A DNA stretch of 64,000 nt, taken from assembly GCA_039096225.1 (NCBI GenBank), contig JBBPEB010000002.1:186001-250000 (forward strand). The letters are read 5' to 3'. Shown here piece after piece: positions 24,767 to 38,500 of this stretch. The number at the start of each line of letters is the position of its first letter. The first letter of the stretch is position 1. The position numbers were made by a program, and so were the translations under genes. The notes below the pieces were generated by a model that did not search any database, was not told the origin of the DNA, and worked only from the letters and a program-made list of their open reading frames with translations. This DNA comes from Blastocystis sp. Blastoise (Eukaryota > Protista > Bigyra: Opalinata).

Positions 24767-25516
24767 TATTATAGATATATTTATAATGGTAAACGATAAT
24801 AATAAACGATAATAATATAGGTTAATAATAAACCATAATAATAGGCGACAATAATAGGCGATAATAATATAGGTTAATAATAAACGATAATAATAAACGA
24901 TAATTATAATAATATATATACGTAGATATTGCATTATGGCAAATGTCTCCGTTTTGTAGATCAGAGTGTTGTCCTTTTGAATCTTGTATTTGATTTTGTA
25001 TTTCTACATCAAATTGCTCAACTTGCTTATTTGCACTAATTGTTGGTTTTCTCATACTACTTATGGAGTTTACTGTACTAACAATAGTAGAGCTAGTTGT
25101 AAGTTCTTTTTTGTCGTTGCAATCAATAATGTAATCTTCATCAATTGAATCCACTTCTTTTTCATCCGACTCAAGTTTTGAAGTATCTAGACTATCATAA
25201 TCATCCCGAACGAACGAGGATATAAAACTGAAATCTATTATTTAAATAGTTAATTAATAAATTATAATAAATGTCATATTTTAGGAAAATAACTCATTTA
25301 TTAGCAAATAAAACACAAGATTCACTAGATGATAAGTAAATAAATGTGAGTACAAAAGAAATGATTTTAAAATTAAATAATCAATTCTTTCACTGGCTTT
25401 AAAACTGGTGAAAGAATTTTGACTGAAAATGAGAAAAACCAGTGAAAGACTTTCACCGGTTTAAAACCAGGGACATTACTATATCCGGTTTTTTGTAAAT
25501 CTCTATATAGTAATGA
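24767..25516 (-). mobile_element. 5' fragment of a different Helitron (C), interrupted by Helitron B
   Basis: Minus strand a|TCATTACTATATAGAGA at 25516 shares its first 13 nt with the other 5' ends; subterminal palindromes at 25385-25515; no 3' end found. Confidence 0.6.
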
Positions 25517-25553
25517 TATTAATAATATCATATTATAATATCGTTTATACAAT

Positions 25554-25559
<6 letters not shown>

Positions 25560-25641
<82 letters not shown>
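25560..25641. repeat. (TA)n microsatellite
   Basis: Directly visible; one of many intronic (TA)n runs. Confidence 0.95.
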
Positions 25642-25643
<2 letters not shown>

Positions 25644-25662
25644 CTTTATATAGTATGTATAC

Positions 25663-26420
25663 AGATATTATTATTACATAAAGGATTGTTACACTGAATG
25701 TTTGATAGAAATGGATTCTTTCTTCCATTATTAAATGTATTTATATTGTTACATATCTTATATATGTAAATATTTCTATATATAACTTTCGTATTAGATT
25801 GGTTGATCATTTTGCTTAAAATGTCTTGTCCATTATGTGGAATAGGTAATGCAGTAATGTCATTTCTAAGCTTTTTCATTATTTTATTTGCTAAAGTATA
25901 TAGATAAATAGTCTTAGCTTCACTAATACCAAGCAAAATCCAGCAAGCAAATATATCTTCTTCAATATCTTCAGTAAGTGTTTTTAGTTTTTTTTTTTTT
26001 TCTATATAGAAATATATATAGTATACAAATAATATAAAAGGATTAGTCAAAATCTTATATCAATTTATTTTAAGAATAGTTTACATAATAATATTTTTTT
26101 AACTATATATATACAGTGGAACTTAGAAATGAGTTTACCAAAGAATTCATTATGTCATTTTCTTGAATATTATCAACAGGATTTTCAGCAATTTGATTTA
26201 AAGTATGTACCTCATTATTTGAATTAGAAATATTATTTATTTGTAGATCAAAATTGTCAAAATTGAAAATATCATCTACTATATATAATAGTAGTTTAGG
26301 TATCTATATATATTTATTTAATAGTATTATTATATAGTCTTGTGTATATGGTATTAAACAATTAGATAGTTGATTAAGAATACGATTCAGTGTTGATTTG
26401 ATTCCATTCGACTTATAAAA
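25663..26420 (-). pseudogene. Probable N-terminal exons of the CACTA-like transposase
   Basis: Exon W..LGISE..LYTL..ALP..IL..YIYKIC..C..C resembles the helical/LP/Cys-cluster N-terminus of CACTA/Mirage-type transposases; same strand as 6601-8065; weak similarity. Confidence 0.4.
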
Positions 26421-26689
26421 ATACAAGTCATTATTACTCATTGCGTATGTTTAATATAATAAATTATATAATATTTAGTATTCTTTTATGCATCTTCTAA
26501 TGCCGCGTCTTTTCCTTCTAATTATCATTTGAAACAAATATATTTTTATTCAAGGTATTTTTTATGATTCTTCAAGTTTTTAGTATTTTTATCCCACCAT
26601 ATTTCTCTCCAATTATTATTTCTAAATATTTATCTTTTATTAAAAATTAATAAACATTATTCTCTTTTATTTCTATATTAGAAGCTTAA

Positions 26690-27139
26690 ATGGAATTTAA
26701 GATAATTAGCAAGCGACAAAAACAATTGGTTACTAATGCAAAATCCAGAATGATTGATTATGTTAATGCATATTTTGATGATATAGAAGAAAAATGTCCT
26801 TTAGGTATTGATATATTATTTTATTGTCATTATTATCTTATATCATTTTAGACAAAGCTGAATGTACTATTCCGGCATATGTTGAGAAATTTCTTCATAA
26901 AATATCTATTATGAATTGTGTTGCTATAAGAAAATCGTTGATGTGGTCGTATAAAGTGAAGGTATGCTTATGTTAAATAATAAAGCAATTATATTTTATA
27001 GAATTTATTTATGTTGATTCCTTTTTGTTTAAACACTGGAATTAGACTACTTGCTAGAAGCATATTCTGTACAAAAGCAAAGAACACTGTTGTTGATACA
27101 AAAAGTCCTTTATATCTATATATTTGTAATATTATTTGA
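26690..27139 (+). CDS. Hypothetical 3-exon protein (~120 aa)
   Basis: MEFKIISKRQKQ..EKCPL|DKAECTIP..SYKVK|NLFMLIP..CNII*; two GT-AG introns join in phase; no recognised family. Confidence 0.5.
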
Positions 27140-28593
27140 ATAAATGCTGTAAATGTCACTTAATTCCCTTTAATCTGTTGAAGTTGTCTATTATTTATGT
27201 AAAACTGTCGAAACTGTCACTTATGGCAGTTAGAATCTGAATTAATTAGCCAATAAAAATCATATTCATTTTCAATATTTATAGTAGTTCTAAAAGAATA
27301 TTCTTATTTTCACCGTGAATATTTTTTGTTTTTAAAAATATATATTGCTTAAATATATCTTAATATTAGTTGTCATTTCAAATATATACTTTTGTTTTTA
27401 TCTTATAAGAGTTAAACACAATACAATAACTAATTTTTTGGCTATTTGTTTGTTAGATCACGGATTCAAAATAATTAGTAATGCCTAGAATATGATAAAT
27501 AGGCACACATATAGCTGATAACCTAATTACAATCACTTGAGTAAGCTTTATTTGATGTTTCAGTTAGGCATGTAAATATTTTAAAATTTGTTTTATTTTT
27601 AATAGTACAGTTTTAAATATATAATGATACAAATCGGTTTACGAATAATTATTGTTATTATGAAACGATTTATTCAAATTTATATGTCACGTCGATGTGA
27701 AGAATTACATTATATTCAAAAATTTTTATAATACTTGTTGAGTAAATTTGTTGGTTGAAAGAAAACGTTAAAACAAATCAAACTAGAAGTTTGCACTTAA
27801 TGACCGATATAATGTTGTGTTCTTTTATGCTGACAAAACGAATCTCACGTTATTATATATACTTTACAAACCAAACAATCAACATATAATAGTGTTTTAT
27901 AAAATATCACATCGACATTCTTTAGTAAAGAGTGTTTATAGTAATTAAAAGCAATTAATATTTTAAACTTAAGTTGAGTATTTATGGAATCAGATGTATA
28001 AATGGGTTTTTACAACATAGTAAATAATAAATGAAGGTCAATTCATAGCTAATATTAAATCGTGAAGTATGGTTGTGACGTGTGTCTTCAAAACATTTTT
28101 TTTTTAGTATATTACAGCAAGAGTCTTAAAGAAAACGAGGTTTAATAAAAATTGTGGAAACTACTAAAAAAGAAAAGAATATTCCATACAAATTCCATAA
28201 AGATTTTATTATTTGGTTTATTTTATAAAATATTTAAATAGATATAAGGCTAGCTGATATTGGTTATGTGTATATAATTGTTTACATAATATATACACTG
28301 TTGGCACCTAATATTTGAATTAATAATAGGTATCTAAGAAAATTAACTTCAGGCAGGATCGTTGTATACATCCATGGTTAGATAATAGTGAATCATGATC
28401 GGTGAGCAAGCTTGGGATGAAACAAAAACTTTACTTTTAGAGGAGATTTGCCTAATCAGAAATTGAAAGAAGCCGCCTTGCAAAATGAATTTGTATATAA
28501 TTATGTAGTCTTATTCTTATAGTAAGCCACTTTGGTTATGACGGTTTTATTTATAGTTGGCTTTTTAAGTTGCAATTCTGTTCTTTACACGCT

Positions 28594-28748
28594 GTATTGG
28601 TCTTCTAAGTTATCTATTGGTCTTCTAAGTTCTCTATTGGTCTTTTAAGTTCTCTATTGGTCTTTTAAGTTCTCTATTGGTCTTCTAAGTTCTTTATTGG
28701 TCTTTTAAGTTCTCTATTGGTCTTCTAAGTTCTCTATTGGTCTTCTAC
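28594..28748. repeat. 20-bp tandem repeat (TCTCTATTGGTCTTYTAAGT), ~7.5 copies
   Basis: Directly visible. Confidence 0.95.
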
Positions 28749-28849
28749 ACTTTTTATTCGTTTATAGAGTGTATCTCTTATCTCTGTTGTCTTTTACGGA
28801 CTCTATTGACTACTTATTATATATTTTGTTTAGTTGTGATCTCTAATTA

Positions 28850-30007
28850 TTACCTTTGATTACTGATAATTACTTGTCATCACTCATGGTTACTTATGAT
28901 TACTTTAAGTTACTTAGAGTTACTTATCATCAATGATAGTTACTTAAAGTTACTTATTGTTAATTGAAGTTACTTATGCTTACTTATCATCACTGATAGT
29001 TACTTATAATCAATGATAGTTACTTATTGTTACTTATAATCAATGATAGTTACTTAGAGTTATTTATTATCAATGATAGTTACTTATTATCAATGATAGT
29101 TACTCATCATCAATGATAGTTACTTATAATCAATGATACTTATGATTACTGATAGTTACTTATGATTACTGATAGATACTTATGATGACTTATAGTTACT
29201 TATGATCAATGATAGTTACTCATCATCAATGATAGTTACTTATCATCAATGATAGTTACTCATCATCAATGATAGTTACTTATCATCAATGATAGTTACT
29301 TATCATCAATGATAGTTACTTATCATCAATGATAGTTACTCATCATCAATGATAGTTACTTATGATTACTTATAGTTACTTATGATTACTTATAGTTACT
29401 TATGGTCAATGATACTTATGATCAATGATAGTTACTCATCATCAATGATAGTTACTTATGATTACTTATAGTTACTTATGATTACTTATAGTTACTTATG
29501 GTCAATGATACTTATGATCAATGATAGTTACTTATGATTACTGATAGTTACTTATCATCAATGATAGTTACTTATAGTTACTTAAAGTTACTTATGATTA
29601 CTGATAGATACTTATGATTACTGATACCTACTTAAAGTTACTTAAAGTTTCTTATGATTACTGATAGATACTTATGATTACTGATAGATACTTATGATTA
29701 CTGATAGATACTTATGATTACTTATCATCACTGATAGATACTTATGATTACTGATACCTACTTATGATTACTGATACCTACTTATGATTACTGATACCTA
29801 CTGATAGTTACTGATAGTTACTTATGATTACTGATACTTACTTATAGTTACTGATACCTTCTTATGATTACTGATAGTTACTTATGATTACTTATGGTTA
29901 CTTATAGTTACTTATGATTACTTATCATCAATGATAGTTACTTGTCATCATTCATGGTTACTTATGATTACTGATAGATACTTATGATTACTGATAGATA
30001 CTTATGA
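28850..30007. repeat. Complex 9-bp-period minisatellite (GTTACTTAT / GATTACTGA / CATCAATGA variants)
   Basis: Directly visible, ~1.15 kb. Confidence 0.95.
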
Positions 30008-30381
30008 ATTTTTTTTTTACAATTATCTTCTTTAATGTTTGCTTATTATCTTTACAGTTTACTTTTGGTCTTTAGTGCTTATTTTTTAAATAGCTTTGGC
30101 TATAGTTATTACTGTCTAATTATGGTATCTATGGCTCCGATATATTGAGGCTTCAATTTCATTATGTATTATGATACCGATTTGCTGTACTTGTCTATTT
30201 TAAATACCTATTTGATTTGGTCATGATTTAATTTAATTAAACAAAACAAGATGATTTAATTATGAAAATTGGTATTAATTATTGGTCTCTTATAGATATG
30301 TATATATATGTTTGTATGTATCTAGTCTTATGTTTGCTATTGTGATATATAATTTCATTTGAATGGTGTACTAGTTGTTAG

Positions 30382-32646
30382 TTAGACTTCAATGACTTTT
30401 AATTTCTTGGATTCGATATCAGTTTCATCCTTTCTCGAATTTCTGGCTGGCTTTTTCTTCTTCTTGTTCTCTCTTTCATTAGTGCTTATTATATCCATCT
30501 CTGTTTCCTGTTGTTCAATCATTTCATTGGACATTATTGATTCCATTAATGAATGCAAGATTATCATGTCTTTCTTCATTTTATACGACTTATATCTTTG
30601 ATAGTAAGATATAAAGTTTGCGAAATTTGTTGATGATGGTCTTCCTGATGGTCTTATAGAATACTTTGGCTTTACAACTGAAGATGGTTGGATATAGGAG
30701 ATAATCGAACTACTTATTATTCTATATATAGTATAGGTTTATATATTATAAGTAATTGAGTAATAGATAAATACCTGTCGACGTAGCCTTGATAGTACCA
30801 GTTCTTCCTCTTCATACTATAGTTCTGTTTAAATATGTTGAACAAATTACAAATTGTAACAGTGTTGTCTCTCCTCTCTTGGTTATCGTTAAGTAGCTTC
30901 TTGAATAAAAGAATTGCATGAGAACATGGAAACCTTTGAAATTGGTACATACCACATGTACAAGTTTTTTTTTCATAATCGATTATATATTCTTCTTCTA
31001 CTGTTATGTTTCCAGCCTTTGTTGCATCGTCATATACATAGTGGCCTATATTAGTCATCATTGAGTTGGCGTTATCAAAAATATCTTGTATATAATCAAG
31101 GAATGGATTATTGCTGTTGGTTGCTGCTAAGTCTATTTGATATTGGTGACCATAGTTATATATTTCTATGAGCATTTGATGAACAGGAAGCTGCCTATAC
31201 TTGTAGATTGCATTATTAAAAGACTCTGCTGGACTGGAAGATATATATCCATAGCGGTTACGTTTATCTTTCGGAAAGTCAATATTATATAGGGAGCATC
31301 CTCTATACTTATTAACCTTATCAATTTGTGTAGGAGATAGTAGTGACTCATTAATAATCTTATTCCATTCTTCTTCGTCATCTGCTAAAATTAATTGTGG
31401 CATAACAATGGATAATGGACTTCCTTTACGGCAGATCTTCTTTAAGACATGAAAGGCACACGAAAAGGGAATACATTCATTGAATACTTTTGGAATACTG
31501 TTTTGTAATCCTTTGTCCATGTCTGAGAAGAATGATATATTATTCGTTGAACAATGTTCCTTCTCTAAAGATCTTTTGAGGTGTATCTGGAAGTTTTGCC
31601 ACGTTGCAGAACATTCAACTGCATATAGACCAAAAGCTAGTAGCATTAACTTTCTTTCAATTGTAATTGTAACTGCTGTCAATAAAGTTTGATTGGTTCT
31701 CTTCAAATGTGTTCCATCCAAGAAGATTATGGGCTGAGATATCTTTTTATATAGATCAATATTTGATTTTAAACTGACGAAGTAGTATAGAAATTCATTT
31801 GATTCATTTTGATCATTAGTATTAGTAGGAGTATCTTGTTCTGTACTTGTTTCTCTATTCTCATCGGTCTCTACGTTATTACTGTGCCCTAATAGAACTT
31901 CATCAAATAGATCATCATGAAAATCATCTATATTATTATTATTGGAATTAATAATATTGCTTCTTTCTTTTTCGTAAGTAGTATAATCTAAATAGTCTAT
32001 TGCATCATATGATGCTATATCCTTATAGTTCATACCTGATGGTAAACATCCATATACAGTATAGTTTCCTTTAGAATTGATTGCTTCTAATATTCCTGGA
32101 ATAAGGTTAAATTTATTATCTCCTTTGGGACCAATTTTTTCTAGTACGTATCTACAGACTCCTATTGAAGTATTCAATCCTTGTGTTTCTAGGTACTTCT
32201 TCATTTGAATTGTAGAATCGAAATAATTTGTTAAATTATTTTCCTTAAGATACTCTATTACTGTCTGTGAGGTGATATTCTTTTTAATTGATTTATTAGA
32301 TTTATTATAGAAACAATAATTCATTGAAGTGGAAGCAGTCATTACTTTAAACTTTTCAATTGTTATTCCATGATTTTCTTCGTATTCCGATATTACTATT
32401 TCGTTATTACTAATCAAACTAGAACTATTAAATGGATTTGTACTATTATTGTTATCGGTGTTGTCGTCGTTTCCATGGTTATCATCTTCATTATTTTCAG
32501 ACACTTCATGTTGCTCCTTGCTATATATAGAATTATATACAATATTTTTAATATATCTATATATATATCTATATATATTGATATATAGGTTTAGAATATA
32601 TGCTGATATAGGTTTAGTTGAATATTATGTAGGTATAAGAACAGAT

Positions 32647-32699
<53 letters not shown>

Positions 32700-32757
32700 T
32701 TTAGAATATATATGGATATGGATATAGATATATGTAGGTATAGGTGTAGTTGAATAT

Positions 32758-32792
<35 letters not shown>

Positions 32793-33977
32793 TTTATTTC
32801 ATTTTGATTGTTAATAAAATAGTTTATACAGTCTATATAGATTATAATGGTGTTGATAAAGATTGTTTTATATACCTTTTGGCAAATATTTTATATCAAC
32901 CAGATTTTCTTGATTCAACTCAATATATATGTTACAATTTCTATTACAAATCTATAAATATGTATATTATTATTAATATAATATAATATAATATAATATA
33001 ATATAATATAATATAATATAATATAATATAATATAATATAATATAATATAATATAATATAATATAATATAATATAATATAATATAATATAATATAATATA
33101 ATATAATATAATATAATATAATATAATATAATATAATATAATATAATATAATATAATATAATATAATATAATATAATATAATATAATATAATATAATATA
33201 ATATAATATAATATAATATAATATAATATAATATAATATAATATAATATAATATAATATAATAGTATATAATATAATAGTATATAATATAATAGTATATA
33301 ATATAATATAATATAATATAATATAATATAATATAATATAATATAATATAATATAATATAATATAATATAATATAATATAATATAATAGTATATAATATA
33401 ATATAATAGTATATAATATAATAGTATATAATATAATAGTATATAATATAATAGTATATAATAGTATATAATATAATAGTATATAATATAATAGTATATA
33501 ATAGTATATAATATAATAGTATATAATAGTATATAATATAATAGTATATAATATAATATATAGAAAAAAGTTTTAATTTATGTATACTTCATAGTTGTGT
33601 AACCGGTACTTTATCAGCTTAAATCCTTGAATATCTGATCCTAGATAGTGTAAATAGAAGGGACATTGTGTGTTTGAACATATAATGTCAATAACCTTTT
33701 TATTTGATCTTTTTGTTTTATAACTATATCCTATCTTTTGCATTTTCAAATTAATATCTTTTAAAAGCTCTTGTTTTGTTTTGTAAATCAACTGAATTGA
33801 ATAAATATTATCTTTTTCAAAAGCAATCATTGCCTCTTGACTAACCATTTCATCGTAATTAATAAAAAGAATATCCTTATTACTCTGTTGAGACTGATTT
33901 AAAACCTATATGCACATGATCAACAAATAAAATATGATTATTATGTAATTAATGAATACCTCTTCGTTGTCTGACAT
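30382..33977 (-). CDS. MULE/Mutator DDE transposase with N-terminal C-C-H DNA-binding domain and SWIM finger, ~845 aa, 6 exons
   Basis: IFLDGTHL, FFSDMDKGL, CAFH, SSPAESFN, CTCGMYQFQRFPCSH, GRP. Exons 33977-33960, 33905-33588, 32951-32876, 32832-32793, 32520-30775 and 30721-30382 are phase-compatible with no internal stop. Confidence 0.88.
32974..33561. repeat. (AATAT)n satellite with AATAGT variants, within a MULE intron
   Basis: Directly visible, ~590 bp. Confidence 0.95.
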
Positions 33978-35169
33978 TATAGATTACAGTTGTAATTCAA
34001 AATCCAGAAACGTCTACAGTTTTTAAAATGTTTTCTTAAAAAAAGAAATACTGGTTTTGATCATTTTTTAAGCAGTATAGCTTTTATTATTAATGCAATA
34101 AATGATTAACTAGTATATTCTATATCTTTTATTGACATTCTATCATAAATAATACATATAATAATTTTCTGACGACTAATTAATAATCAATTTTTTATAT
34201 TTAAAACTAAATATGCTTTTTACATGTTAAATTACTTAAATAACGAGATTCTAAATAATTTTAAGTCAACATAAACAAAAATTAATACTTACCAATTTGG
34301 TATGTGTAATACAAAAAGGTTATTTTCATTTACATCACACTAAGACATCAATAATCAGCTGAGTACGTGTAAGAATGTATTCTGTTATAAAATTCAGGGT
34401 GGAAATCTAGAATTATTGCAAATTTGATTGCAACGTTCCAATTGCTTTGAGATATGTTTGCGGCTTTTTTAAAAAGAATGAGCTACCAAACCAAAACATA
34501 CAAATTATTACCCAATATTGGATAAAAGTAACTTTTATTTAAAAAATTTTTAACAATTATTGTGGTAAAAATATTTTTATTCTAAAAATAAAAATGAAAA
34601 AATTATTATCCAATGAATGACTGTATATCAATTATTAACACATGTTTATTGATATAAAAGCGATTAATATGAAATAATCAGAATTTTAAGCAAAATAAAG
34701 CTCAAAATATGACAATTTCAACATATTTATGTAAAAAAATGATATTTTCCATTGTTTCGAAGATTATTTTGACATTTTCAAAATCTCTAACAAAATATTG
34801 ATATTCTCAGCAGTATCTCGATGAAATGTGTGAGAGAATCATTAGTAAATAGGAAATAAAAGAAAAGAATAATCCATTTTTTTGGCTTTGAGATCTCTGA
34901 GCCTCTTAATACATGGATTGAGAATGTCAGTAATAATAATAATTACCAATTTGTATGTTTATCTATTCTTTATTTAACTATATTTAGACATGCGAATGGA
35001 TTGAAAGGATTCCGTTTCCAGACAAAAATGAAAGAATATTAAAAAAAAATAATGAACTGATTTTGAAGCTTCAGCAATATTGTGTTTGGTTTCCATTCAC
35101 ATACATTAAACACAAGTCAATTATATAATTGGGCCAAATTTTATTTTCTTTTTCTATTATTTTTATTAT

Positions 35170-35320
35170 TTTTATTGGCTTATTCTTTATTTTTATGAAT
35201 ACATTATTGGCTTATTAGCATGTTTTATTGAATAGACTATTGGTTTGTTCTTACCTGTTTTATTTATTTGATTATTGGCTTATTTTCGTTTTAATTAATA
35301 GATTATTGGCTTGTTTTTAT
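35170..35320. repeat. Degenerate ~32-bp tandem repeat with ATTATTGGCTT core
   Basis: Core at ~35172, 35203, 35237, 35272, 35302. Confidence 0.6.
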
Positions 35321-35514
35321 TGTTTTATTGAAAAAAAAATGTTTAGTATTTCCTTATTTGTTTGTTTTCACCAATCAAATTTTAACAACAAAAGAAATTT
35401 CTTATTTTAATAATTTGTCTGAATTGATCTTAAAAATAATTCTACAACAATTGGCGTTGATCTGCAAATAATATTTACGGGAATGTCTCATAGTGTAATA
35501 TAATCACGAAAAAT

Positions 35515-38500
35515 AATAAAGACAAGCGTTTCACGACTGGCTACGCCAGCCTACGCTTGAGTTTAGATAATTATTATCTCTCAATTGTTATATCTTACAT
35601 TGAATTTTAAAAAATGAATATTTATTCTTATGTTTTTGTTATTCATTTCTGTTTTTATTTTTTTTTAGGATTAAAACTATTTCATATTTTATAAAATATT
35701 ATTTCAATTGCTTTTAATTGTTATCTTCTAATCTTAATTTTCAATTTAGTATTTTAAATAATTTAATTCATACATATTGATAATTCTTACTTAACATTCT
35801 ATATGTTCTTGAGTATTATTTCCTTTTTTTTTTAATATTCTTTTTAGCCATTTTTATTATTGACTATATATATTTATTGTTTATCAATGATAATTAATTA
35901 ACTCTTGTGTTTTATTTTTGATCTTATTTCTATTTCTATTTCTATTTCTATTTCTATTTCTATTTCTATTTCTATTTCTATTTCTATTTCTATTTCTATT
36001 TCTATTTCTATTTCTATTTCTATTTAGTTTTTAGTTTTCAATATTAATTCACTTTTCTTTGTTATTTCATTTATAACTTTCTATGTATTTTATCAATTCA
36101 TTTAGTTTTATAAATATTTAGTATTTTAAATAATATCAATATGATTATAAAATACTTTTTCTTTTAAAACATATTATTATCACTTATACCCTACCTTTAA
36201 ATATTTATGTTTTATTTGAATTAGTCTATATAATTATTATTGTGAGAAATAGCTTATTCTCTTGTCTAAAAAAATATTATATATTCTTTTTTATTCTTTT
36301 CATATATTGTTTTGTTTTATTTTTAAAATATTATAATTTTGATATCTATTTGTTTTTTTATATTTTATCCTTTCCTTTTATATATACTATTATATAAATA
36401 TTTTAGAAATTTTATTATACAGCTTTTCTCAATTAATAAATGTTTAATTATATAAATAGTAATCATATCTTGATATTATTTGATAAATATTATAATTTTT
36501 CTTTTATTATACTTATTTTAGTTTGAATTATTAATACAAAAGTACTCTTAATAATTAAAAGATATTTATTACTTTATATAATAAACAAAAAAATTAGAGT
36601 CTTATTTTAATATTTATCATTAATAGAATCTATTCGTTTTAAGTAAAAGAGAATATTTATAGAGAAATTATCTTTTCATTATTTAAAATTAATTAATTCA
36701 AATTTAATTCAATTTTTATAGTGTTATCAAAATCATTCTAGAAATAAGAAATAAAAACTAAAATATAAAACAAAAATTACATTTCATTTCATAACTAAAT
36801 AGATTTAAATACTTTGGAAACTTTTATTATTGTACATACAATATAGCTTCTAAAACAAATAAGTTATCATAAAAAAACTCTAAAAGACTGAACGTTTTTA
36901 AATACATATACTCACTTTTATTTTAACTAATTTTATGCTAATATACACATGTATTGAATTTGTTATTTTAATTTGTAAAAAATAACTTGAATCTCTTTTG
37001 TTTAAAGTCACAATTACAAAGAATGAGTTCTTTTGAAAGACAAAAAACATTCTTTAAACAATAATAATTTTGTATTTAGTGACATAAAAACGTATTATAC
37101 AGTTTTAGAAACAATTAAAATCTTTTTACCCATTTTAACACTCCTATCAAACAGTCAACCATGTTTAATTAAACTAATTTTTAATATTTTATATTCTATA
37201 ATAAGTCTATTTATTATTATTATAAAAAGTGACTTGAATCTCTTGACTTAACTATTGTAATTCTAAAAAAATAATTTTTTGAACAACTTAAAATGTTTAT
37301 TTATTGTAGATTTTAATATGAAACACTCTAAAAACACTCTATACATACTTATTACAACCATTTTTAAAAAATAGACTCATTTTAACATTTTGGTCAAACA
37401 CACAACCACCTTTATTTCAAACAATTCTTTTATTATTATAAACATTAAACACTCTAATACTCATTTTTATAAAAAGTGTATTGAATCTCTTCACTTAAGA
37501 CAGTCAAACAGACAATTCAAAATTATTTTATCCTTTAAACTCATTATAAAGTGATAATATTTATAGAATTGCTTTGATATGTGGTTTAGGACATATTTAA
37601 CTACTTTTTTCAAAATTATGAGTCAACATGTGCATATATATATATACACTCGTCTAACTTATTTTTGACCATTCTTTTTACATATGTAATAGATACATAC
37701 TCTATTTTTCAAAAATGTAAAAATTAATTGTCAAATATGAATTTGATTTGTCAACTTTCAGAAAATTTTTAGAAAAATGATTTTTCAATTTTCAGTTTTT
37801 TAACATGTTATACTATTGACTCTACTAAACTCATTTCTTAATTAATTTTAAATATTAAAAATAATATAATTAATATGTTTTATTCTCTATATTTATTTGT
37901 TATAATTATATAAAATAATTAAATATTGACTGAGAAATTAATGTTATAAAGTATACCCTTTTTTCAAAAATTAATTTTTTTATGTTTTGCATATATAATT
38001 TTTTATCTCAAAAGTTATTTTATATTTTGATAATATTTTTATAAATTTATAAACTATAGGTTGTCTAGTTTATAAATAGGTTTTATTTATTCTTTAAAAA
38101 TTAATATTGATGGAAAAATTGTCAAAATAAACTATAGTGTCAAAAATGTTTTCTTCTTTTAAACGATTTATTTCACTAATTAAAGACTAATAAGAGCATA
38201 TTTATTTATTAAAACACTATTTATAACATTTACAACTCATAATGACTCATAACTGACTTCTTAAGACAAACATTGTCAGTATCAGTCTAACATGTTGTCT
38301 TAACTTTTGTAAAAAAGTGACATATAGTGTCCATGCGTGATTCTCAGCACTAATTAAAACGTTTTAAGAGTTTATTAAGTTAACATTGTCTGGTGATCTG
38401 TTGTCAAAGTCTTTTAAAAACAAAATAAAATTGTAAAATATGTTTATTTTGATATGTAGTGATTCAATATAGTGTCAAATGTCAAATATATTAATTATTG

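Noticed and set aside
5847-28404. CACCGA...TCGGTG as CACTA terminal inverted repeats
   Set aside because: Only a 6-bp match, and the flanking triplets differ (AGT vs AGC).
28594-30007. CRISPR-like array
   Set aside because: No unique spacers and no cas genes; eukaryotic minisatellite.
28420-34520. MULE TIRs and 9-bp target duplication
   Set aside because: Only a short AAGCCGC inverted match; the ends cannot be defined.
34740-35110. Exon-like fragments (FEISEPLNTWIENV, TCEWIERIPFPDK)
   Set aside because: Contain stops and match no family I recognise; cannot be supported as a gene.
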